A stretch of DNA of 64,000 nt, taken from an uncultured Flavobacteriales bacterium (GTDB lineage: Bacteria > Bacteroidota > Bacteroidia > Flavobacteriales_D > CAJJDF01). The position numbers were made by a program, and so were the translations under genes. The stretch covers positions 3,177 to 67,176 of the forward strand of contig CAJJDF010000020.1 in NCBI GenBank assembly GCA_905182785.1, written 5' to 3'. The notes beneath the pieces were generated by a model. That model ran no database searches and was not told the origin of the DNA. It saw only the letters and a program-made list of their open reading frames with translations. Every line of letters begins with the position of its first letter. The stretch's first letter is position 1. Of this stretch, positions 57,181-64,000 are shown piece by piece.

Positions 57181-58158
57181 TTGAAGAAGTATATAATTAA
57201 AATATTGAAGATTGTAATTCCTCTGGGAATTGGAATTTACTTGACCTGGTTTTTTTATTCAGGGTTGACTCAAGGACAAAAGGATGCTATCCCTGTAGCT
57301 TTTGCTAGCGCAAATTACTTCTGGATAATGCTTGCATTAATAACAGCATGGCTAGGTCATGTGAGTAGAGCATATAGATGGAAATTCCTTATGGAACCTC
57401 TAGGATACAAGCCAAAATTATCCAACATGTATCACGCAACAATGATTGGGTATGTATTGAACTTTACAATCCCTAGAAGTGGAGAGATTGCACGCCCAGG
57501 GTTTTTAGCGAAAAAAGAAAACCTACCGTTCGATAAAGTTTTTGGAACTGTAGTTGCTGAAAGAATTATTGATGTGATTATGTTACTTTTAATAATGGGA
57601 GGTACTTCATTGTTAGTAGGTCAAGATGTAATTGATGAATTTACAAAAAGTGATGAATCATCTGGTCCACCTTATTTATTATATGGTATACTTGGGATTG
57701 GATTAATAGGAGTTTTAGCTTTCGTGATTTCATCTAAAATTAGAGGGTTTTTTATAGTAAAAATGAAAGGAATGTGGGAAGGAGTAAGAACGATTTTCAT
57801 TATGAAAAAGAGAGTTCCTTTTATTCTTCACACATTGTTTATTTGGTTTACATATATAGCTTTAATGTGGTTAATGGCACAAGGAGTAGCTGGAATGGAA
57901 AATATTGGAATAAAAGAATTACTGGTTGCATTTGTTGTTGGAGCCATTGCAATAGGAATAACACCAGGAGGAATAGGACTGTATCCAATTTTTATTACAG
58001 CTGCTCTTGTTTATTATAATATTGATGAAAGCTTAGCTTCTAGTTTTTCAATTATGGCCTGGGTAATTCTTACTCTTTTGTTGGTGATATTAGGTATCTA
58101 TTCGTTGTATGCGATAAAAATTAAATTTTCTAATTCAGAAGTAGAAGAACAACTATAA
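57181..58158 (+). CDS. Flippase-like polytopic membrane protein (LPG-synthase TM / UPF0104-like)
   Basis: 325 aa with about 8 TM helices. TTG start. The family call is tentative. Confidence 0.55.
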   Translation: MKKYIIKILKIVIPLGIGIYLTWFFYSGLTQGQKDAIPVAFASANYFWIMLALITAWLGHVSRAYRWKFLMEPLGYKPKLSNMYHATMIGYVLNFTIPRSGEIARPGFLAKKENLPFDKVFGTVVAERIIDVIMLLLIMGGTSLLVGQDVIDEFTKSDESSGPPYLLYGILGIGLIGVLAFVISSKIRGFFIVKMKGMWEGVRTIFIMKKRVPFILHTLFIWFTYIALMWLMAQGVAGMENIGIKELLVAFVVGAIAIGITPGGIGLYPIFITAALVYYNIDESLASSFSIMAWVILTLLLVILGIYSLYAIKIKFSNSEVEEQL

Positions 58159-58161
58159 GAA

Positions 58162-59532
58162 ATGGCTAAAATCAAGAAATCATATTTTTGTCAAAATTGT
58201 GGAGCTCAATCCCCTCAATGGATAGGGAAGTGTAGTTCTTGTAATGAATGGAATACTTATGTGGAGGAAATAGTCTCGAAAAATGAGAAAAAGTTATTTA
58301 ATGTAGGTCAAACAACCAAAAGAATTTCTAAGCCGATAGCAATTGGTGATGTTGTAGATGAAAAACACAACCGAATTATTTTTAAAGATATAGAACTCAA
58401 TCGAGTTTTAGGAGGGGGATTAGTTCATGGTTCGTTAGTTTTATTTGGAGGAGAACCTGGAATAGGAAAATCTACTTTGATGTTACAAATGGCGCTTCAG
58501 CATTCCAAAGCAAGAGTGCTTTATGTATCGGGAGAGGAAAGTTTGAAACAAATAAAAATGCGAGCTGACCGAATTGGTAAAACTTCGGAGAATTGTTTTT
58601 TATTGAATGAAACAAAGCTTCAGAATATTTTTGCTCAAATAGAGGAGTTAGCCCCCCATATTGTAATCATAGATTCTATCCAGACATTACATTCAGACTA
58701 TTTGGATTCTTCGCCAGGAAGTATTTCTCAAATTAGAGAATGCACAGGAGATTTGATGAAATTTGCCAAAGAAACACAAACTTCAGTTTTTATTATTGGT
58801 CACATTACCAAAGATGGCAGTATTGCAGGACCAAAGGTTTTGGAACATATGGTAGATACGGTATTGCAATTTGAAGGAGACAGAAATCACATTTACAGAT
58901 TGTTAAGAACAACCAAAAATAGATTTGGTTCTACCAATGAATTGGGTATTTACGAAATGCAAGCGGGAGGATTAATCCCAGTAGAAAATCCCACAGATAT
59001 ATTGTTGAATAATTCGGAAGAAGCATTAAGTGGAGTAGCTATTGCATCTACTATGGAGGGTTTGCGTCCTATGTTGATAGAAGTTCAAGCATTAGTGAGT
59101 ACGGCTGCTTATGGAAATCCACAAAGAACAACCACAGGTTTTGATACCAAAAGATTGAATATGTTACTTGCCGTTTTAGAGAAAAGATGTGGATTTAAAT
59201 TAGGAGCAAAGGATGTGTTTTTGAATATTACAGGAGGAATAAGAGTTCACGATCCTGCTATTGATTTGGCGGTTGTTTGTTCTGTTTTGTCTTCTAATGT
59301 TGATATGCCGATAAGTAAAAATATCGCTTTGGCTGCTGAGGTTGGTTTGTCTGGAGAGATTCGTCCCGTTCCTCATATCGACCAAAGAATAAATGAAGCT
59401 GAGAAATTAGGATTCGAGAAAATGATTATTTCAAAGTATAACAAAGGAATAAAGCAGAAAGATTTCGATATTGAATTAATTCAAGTTGGGAAGATAGAGG
59501 AAGTATTTAGAAATTTATTCGGAAATAATTAA
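58162..59532 (+). CDS. radA: DNA repair protein RadA
   Basis: C4 zinc finger (CQNCGAQSPQWIGKCSSCNEW), Walker A GGEPGIGKST, KNRFG motif and a Lon-like C-terminal domain. Confidence 0.95.
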   Translation: MAKIKKSYFCQNCGAQSPQWIGKCSSCNEWNTYVEEIVSKNEKKLFNVGQTTKRISKPIAIGDVVDEKHNRIIFKDIELNRVLGGGLVHGSLVLFGGEPGIGKSTLMLQMALQHSKARVLYVSGEESLKQIKMRADRIGKTSENCFLLNETKLQNIFAQIEELAPHIVIIDSIQTLHSDYLDSSPGSISQIRECTGDLMKFAKETQTSVFIIGHITKDGSIAGPKVLEHMVDTVLQFEGDRNHIYRLLRTTKNRFGSTNELGIYEMQAGGLIPVENPTDILLNNSEEALSGVAIASTMEGLRPMLIEVQALVSTAAYGNPQRTTTGFDTKRLNMLLAVLEKRCGFKLGAKDVFLNITGGIRVHDPAIDLAVVCSVLSSNVDMPISKNIALAAEVGLSGEIRPVPHIDQRINEAEKLGFEKMIISKYNKGIKQKDFDIELIQVGKIEEVFRNLFGNN

Positions 59533-59534
59533 AC

Positions 59535-59837
59535 ATGGCAATACCTAAAAGAAATAAAGAGATGACTCCGTTAAAAGAAGCAATCGAAAGACTTCTTAAA
59601 GTTTATAAGATTTCTGATAAAATGGATGAAATTACTTTGAGAAAAGAGTGGGAGGAATTAATGGGAAAGGCAATCTCCAACAAAACAAAAAGATTGGAGT
59701 TGAGAAAAAGAGTCTTAATCATTCAAATTGAGTCATCTGTGCTTCGTCACGAATTGTCTTTTGCTAAAGAAAAATTGAAAGAATCTTTAAATAGAAAACT
59801 TAAAAGGAGAGCAGTAGACGAAATAATATTTAGATAA
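59535..59837 (+). CDS. DUF721 (DciA-like) domain protein
   Basis: 100-aa basic ORF whose size and pattern (W..L.G......T....L....L.I...SS....EL) resemble DUF721. It starts 2 nt after radA. Confidence 0.55.
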   Translation: MAIPKRNKEMTPLKEAIERLLKVYKISDKMDEITLRKEWEELMGKAISNKTKRLELRKRVLIIQIESSVLRHELSFAKEKLKESLNRKLKRRAVDEIIFR

Positions 59838-59892
59838 AAAATAATTGAATAAAATAATCGGCTGAAAAGCCTAATAAATTGATAAAAAACTA

Positions 59893-59900
59893 TATTTTTG
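59893..59900 (+). promoter_or_regulatory. Candidate -7 promoter box upstream of the TPR-ribH pair
   Basis: TATTTTTG matches TAnnTTTG, 19 nt before the ATG at 59920. Confidence 0.3.
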
Positions 59901-59919
59901 TCAATCAAAAAACAAGACA

Positions 59920-60582
59920 ATGGCAGATATTGAAAACTTTGATGTTCAAGACATCATGGATAGGGTACAAGGTAAGTACGAAGAGAACAAGAATTATGTA
60001 TTTATCACACTTGCAGCAGTAATACTAATTATCGGAGGAACTTGGTGGTACCAAAACAACAAGGAATCTCAAAATCTAGAAGCAAATAATCTTATTTGGA
60101 AACAAGATCAAAATTTTGACATAGATAATTTTGAAACTGCAATAAATGGGACGACCAACAATGTTGGTTATGCTTATATAGCTGATGAATATAATGGGAC
60201 ACCTGCAGGAGATATTGCAACTTACAACATGGGAGTTGGTTATTTGAACTTAGGAAAATATAACGAAGCAATTGATGCATTAGAAGATGTAGATTTTGAA
60301 GATATAATTCTTGGAGCTATTGCAAAAGGAGCTACAGGAGATGCTTATTTTGAATTAGGAAAAGTAGACAAAGCAATTTCTAATTACAAAGCAGCCGTTA
60401 GTCATTCTGACAATGAATTAACTGTTCCTGTATATTTAAAGAAATTAGCTATTGCTCAAGAAGCAGCAGGAGATATGAAAGATGCGATTGAATCTTACCA
60501 AAGAATAAAAGATGATTATTCTACTGCTCCAGAAGCAAGAGATATAGAAAAATTTATTGCTAGATTACAAGCAAAACAATAA
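59920..60582 (+). CDS. Membrane-anchored TPR protein (YfgM-like)
   Basis: 220 aa with one TM helix (VFITLAAVILIIGGTWW) followed by TPR-like helices. Confidence 0.6.
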   Translation: MADIENFDVQDIMDRVQGKYEENKNYVFITLAAVILIIGGTWWYQNNKESQNLEANNLIWKQDQNFDIDNFETAINGTTNNVGYAYIADEYNGTPAGDIATYNMGVGYLNLGKYNEAIDALEDVDFEDIILGAIAKGATGDAYFELGKVDKAISNYKAAVSHSDNELTVPVYLKKLAIAQEAAGDMKDAIESYQRIKDDYSTAPEARDIEKFIARLQAKQ

Positions 60583-60587
60583 AAATA

Positions 60588-61079
60588 ATGGCAACAGCCC
60601 ATACTAATTTATCCGAATACGATAAGGAATTAATCCCGAATGCATCTGAGATGTCTTTCGGGATTGTTGTTTCTGAGTGGAACGCAAACATTACCGACAA
60701 TCTATTGAAAGGTGCTTACAAAGCATTAATTGATAATGGAGTACTGCCAGCTAATATTATTGTTAAACACACTCCTGGGGCTTACGAATTACCTTTGGCA
60801 GCTCAATTATTAATTGAGAACACCAAAGTAGATGGAGTAGTTGCAATTGGAAGTGTAATACAAGGAGAGACAAAACATTTTGATTACGTGTGCGAAGCAG
60901 TTTCTCAAGGAATTAAAGATGTAAATTTGAAATACGGAAAGCCAGTTACTTTTTGTGTCCTTACAGATAGTACAATGCAGCAAGGTATTGATAGATCTGG
61001 AGGTAAACACGGTAACAAAGGAATAGAGTGTGCCGTAGCAGCTATAAAAATGGTTGCATTGAAGAAGAGTTTGTCTTAG
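60588..61079 (+). CDS. ribH: 6,7-dimethyl-8-ribityllumazine synthase
   Basis: 163 aa with FGIVVSEWN, PGAYELP and VIQGETKHFDYV motifs. Confidence 0.92.
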   Translation: MATAHTNLSEYDKELIPNASEMSFGIVVSEWNANITDNLLKGAYKALIDNGVLPANIIVKHTPGAYELPLAAQLLIENTKVDGVVAIGSVIQGETKHFDYVCEAVSQGIKDVNLKYGKPVTFCVLTDSTMQQGIDRSGGKHGNKGIECAVAAIKMVALKKSLS

Positions 61080-61622
61080 AGCCCTCCACTTTTAATGGTC
61101 TAGAGTTCCTTTTTTTACTTCCCAGTGAGCTTCATAATCATAGTATTCAGACCCTAACCGGTTAGATATCCCTTTAGTTTTAAATTTCATGTAAATACTT
61201 GATTCAGATATTTTTTAATTTAATAGTTAGTCACTTAACATAATTCTCTATCTTCTGGAAGTACTGGATGGCTGTTAAGTTCTACTTTGGTTCTGTTCTT
61301 TTTGTAATTCCATTTAATCCATAAATTCCAAAAATTTTAGAATTAAATCAAGTTTCTTTTAGAAACCTTTTGATGCTCCTAATCTGTTGAATAATTATCT
61401 TCACTTTCGTCAAATAAAAGTTTGAATTTATGATGTGTTCCAAGATAATTTAATAAGCCCAGGCTCATCCCAATAATCTTGTATTGTATATGCCTTTTTA
61501 TATCTCATTTAGCCTATTTTATTTTCGTCAATAAGTTGAAGTATCATTTACATCAAAGACTCTTTGTCTATTTCAATAAGATGTAAAATTAAGTTAGACC
61601 TCCTTGAATATAAATTAGCCAT

Positions 61623-61659
61623 AAAAAAAAAGGGATAAGCAAAGCTTATCCCTTTTTTT
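61623..61659. terminator. Bidirectional rho-independent terminator
   Basis: A-run, stem GGGATAAGC / GCTTATCCC, T-run. It lies just downstream of the minus-strand gene ending at 61679. Confidence 0.65.
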
Positions 61660-61678
61660 ATAAAATATTGTTGTTGTC

Positions 61679-62464
61679 TTATTTAGACAAGTTAAATGAA
61701 ACTCCGATTGAAGCGATTCCTGAAGTAAACATAAAATTGTGATCTGCAGTTCCAATACCGCCAGTAGAAACATCTTTTGTTTTAATGTAACCAGCTTTTC
61801 CTCCTAAGTCTAAGTATACAGGTCCTAAGTAGAATTTAGTTCCGAAAGAAGCATTTGCTCCAAATCCATTCATTCCGTTATTTTTAGTCACAGCATCTTG
61901 TCCAAATAATGAAACAGTACTCTCAGTTATTACTATTCCAGCACCTAAACCAAAGTAGTAACTCCATGCAAATTTTGTGTTCTTAGATACCCAAAAATTA
62001 TCATGAACTTCTAAGTTAAGGTTAATGTAGTTTAATTTAAAATACTCAAAAGTAATGAAATCAGAATTAGTTCTAACTACATCTTCATTTGATTGATATT
62101 CAGCTTCATAACCTCCAGTTGTGTCAGATATTACTCCTCCAATCTTAACTAATCTTTTATCAATAGCTTTGTAACTAAAGTTGTCAAATCCTAAAGCTAT
62201 CGAGAAATGCTCAGAAAAGAAATATCCTATTTTTCCATTAAACTTAGCGAAGTCATACTCAGAAAACCCATCATTTGCATCAAAGTGTGTTAAACTAAAG
62301 TCATATCCATCACCTGACATTTTTAAAGTAGATAAATCGTAAGTAGTTCTGCTTAAGCCATAAGAAGCATATATTCTACCTTTGTTTGTTCTCTCTGTAG
62401 TGTCTTGGGCGTTTGTATATAAAAAGCTGAAAGACAAAGCTATAAGCAGTAAGTTATTTTTCAT
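61679..62464 (-). CDS. Hypothetical outer-membrane-type protein (paralogue 2)
   Basis: 261 aa with a signal peptide (LLLIALSFSFLYTNAQ). It shares KGRIY.SYG..R.TY..ST.....G.GYDF and IGYF....SI.L motifs with the upstream gene. Confidence 0.55.
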   Translation of the reverse strand: MKNNLLLIALSFSFLYTNAQDTTERTNKGRIYASYGLSRTTYDLSTLKMSGDGYDFSLTHFDANDGFSEYDFAKFNGKIGYFFSEHFSIALGFDNFSYKAIDKRLVKIGGVISDTTGGYEAEYQSNEDVVRTNSDFITFEYFKLNYINLNLEVHDNFWVSKNTKFAWSYYFGLGAGIVITESTVSLFGQDAVTKNNGMNGFGANASFGTKFYLGPVYLDLGGKAGYIKTKDVSTGGIGTADHNFMFTSGIASIGVSFNLSK

Positions 62465-62555
62465 TTCTTTTTAATTAATTAGTTTGTAAAACAAAATTAG
62501 TGTTTTTGTACCAACATAAAAAATAAAAGCACATTATTTTTCTTTGTATAAAACT

Positions 62556-63440
62556 TTACTTGTGAGCGATTTTATATTGAAATCCAATTGTGAAATTTCC
62601 CTGAAAGAAACTAATATTTTGAGATGCTCTGTCTATCTCCAATCCATTGGTTGCAACATTAGGCATCATAAGGTATCCGAATTTTGTTGTGGGGTGTATA
62701 AAAAAGTGTTTGAATAAATAGAACTTAAATCCAACATTTCCTGTAACTCCTCCTCCTGCAAGGTGAAACGCGTCATTTCCAAATTCACCAAATAGGTAAG
62801 CATTTGTTTTTGGTACAGTTGCTCCTAATCCAACTCCTGCAACTAAATCAAGAGCAAATTTTCTGTTGTCAGTTTGAAAAATTAAATCGTGATAATCTAA
62901 CTCTAAAGAAATTACATTCAATCCATCTGTATGCTCATAACCAATAAAACTCCTATCAATTGACATGGATTGGTTATCATAATCCTTAGCCCATTTTTCA
63001 CTAGCAGAAGAATCTACAAAACCATGTACTACAGCAATCTGGTTGTTTTCTAAAACATATTTCATGTGATCTACATTCAAGGTTATTGATAATTTATTTG
63101 TAATAAAATATCCTATTCTGAAGTTATATTGAGGTATAGTAATTAGTCCTGGATTGAAATATACGTTCCAACTAAACTTCTCTGGTTTGTCATTTGCTTT
63201 TGCATCTTTTATAGTAAAATCATAACCATTCCCTAAAAAATGAATAGTACTTTTTGAGTAAGTCGCTCTATTATAACCCCAAGAACCAAAAATTCGTCCC
63301 TTTCTCGAAGTATAAAAATCAGTATAATACTGGTTTAATGAATCAGGAAGTTGTAATTCAGTAGTTGTATCTTGAGTTTGTGCTATTCCGTTCGTTATAA
63401 ATAAGAAAAGAATAAATGGTGTAAAAAATGTTCTCATCAT
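62556..63440 (-). CDS. Hypothetical outer-membrane-type protein (paralogue 1)
   Basis: 294 aa with a signal peptide (FILFLFITNGIAQ). Its ATG overlaps the mrp stop (TAATG). Confidence 0.55.
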   Translation of the reverse strand: MMRTFFTPFILFLFITNGIAQTQDTTTELQLPDSLNQYYTDFYTSRKGRIFGSWGYNRATYSKSTIHFLGNGYDFTIKDAKANDKPEKFSWNVYFNPGLITIPQYNFRIGYFITNKLSITLNVDHMKYVLENNQIAVVHGFVDSSASEKWAKDYDNQSMSIDRSFIGYEHTDGLNVISLELDYHDLIFQTDNRKFALDLVAGVGLGATVPKTNAYLFGEFGNDAFHLAGGGVTGNVGFKFYLFKHFFIHPTTKFGYLMMPNVATNGLEIDRASQNISFFQGNFTIGFQYKIAHK

Positions 63441-64000
63441 TATTGTGTCATTTTAACCACTTTGGTTGGGTCTAAATTTTTATGTCTCCAGTTTAGCTGT
63501 TCAATAACATTGGCAGAAATTAAATCAAAAGCTATAGCTGATGGACTTCCATCTACAGTTGCAATTGGCTTTCCAGCATCACCTGCTTCTCTGATATCTT
63601 GCACCAATGGAATTTCGCCAAGAAGTTTTACATCTAGCTGCTCACAAAGGTTTTTAGCGCCTTCTTTCCCAAAAATATAATATTTGTTATCGGGTAATTC
63701 AGCTGGAGTGAAGTAAGACATGTTCTCTATGATTCCTAAAACAGGGACATTAATATTTGGCATTTTAAACATATGAATTCCTTTCTTTACATCTGCCAAA
63801 GCAATTTCTTGAGGAGTACTCACAATTACAGCTCCACTGATTGGAACCAATTGCACCAGTGTTAAGTGAACGTCCCCTGTTCCTGGAGGAAGATCGATTA
63901 ACATATAATCCAATTCTCCCCAGTAGGTATCCATAAACATTTGCTTGATTGCTTTACTCGCCATAGCTCCTCTCCATACAATTGCTTGGTTAAGGTCTGC
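63440..64000 (-). CDS. mrp: Mrp/NBP35 (ApbC) family iron-sulfur cluster carrier ATPase (C-terminal part; gene runs off the right edge)
   Basis: The reading frame stays open to the window edge upstream of the track's Met. MinD/ParA-like motifs are present: DYMLIDLPPGTGD and AVIVSTPQEIAL. Confidence 0.85.
   Translation of the reverse strand, partial: ADLNQAIVWRGAMASKAIKQMFMDTYWGELDYMLIDLPPGTGDVHLTLVQLVPISGAVIVSTPQEIALADVKKGIHMFKMPNINVPVLGIIENMSYFTPAELPDNKYYIFGKEGAKNLCEQLDVKLLGEIPLVQDIREAGDAGKPIATVDGSPSAIAFDLISANVIEQLNWRHKNLDPTKVVKMTQ

Noticed and set aside
57774-58019. Same-strand alternative-frame ORF (81 aa) inside the flippase-like membrane protein gene.
   Set aside because: It is wholly contained in a longer ORF with a coherent TM-helix pattern. 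The alternative frame gives a Cys/Ser/Tyr/Asn-rich peptide with no features.
59838-60587. Search for an FMN riboswitch upstream of ribH.
   Set aside because: ribH starts 5 nt after the TPR gene. The spacer before that gene is only ~80 nt, AT-rich and without FMN-element conserved segments.

Overview
AT-rich, tightly packed chromosomal segment with the hallmarks of a Flavobacteriia (Bacteroidota) genome. It carries gliding-motility genes (gldE-gldD, gldA), three proteins with type IX secretion (T9SS) C-terminal sorting domains, TAnnTTTG-type promoter boxes and many lipoproteins and outer-membrane (OM) barrels. Most of the window is housekeeping: rng, HU, mutY, ssb, mutL, lpxD, pheT, rpsT, tRNA-Glu, proS, guaB, cinA, lysS, folA, dtd, rsgA, uvrB, radA, ribH and a partial mrp. 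I saw no rRNA, CRISPR array, transposase, integrase or prophage block. Three stretches look accessory. (1) 24.4-27.3 kb encodes a Sec-exported, charge-blocked, low-complexity protein (acidic/aromatic head, GWGNN tandem repeats, Arg/Ser/Thr/Pro tail) directly upstream of a FadL-type OM barrel. This is my best candidate for an undescribed system. (2) 35.9-41.6 kb lies between cinA and lysS. It holds a translationally coupled MbnP-like / di-haem peroxidase pair followed by a T9SS-secreted YHYH-domain protein. Next come a Cys-cluster thioredoxin-fold lipoprotein and a collagen-repeat protein ending in a phage tail-collar domain. (3) 61.7-63.4 kb holds two tandem paralogous OM-type proteins, the first translationally coupled to mrp. 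A 30-codon bS22-like ribosomal protein gene is missing from the ORF track. Several REP-like dispersed palindromes sit in the intergenic regions. Three aminoacyl-tRNA synthetase genes are each followed by a tightly coupled ORF of unknown function. All family calls come from reading motifs by eye, with no database or HMM search, so boundaries and family names need confirmation.
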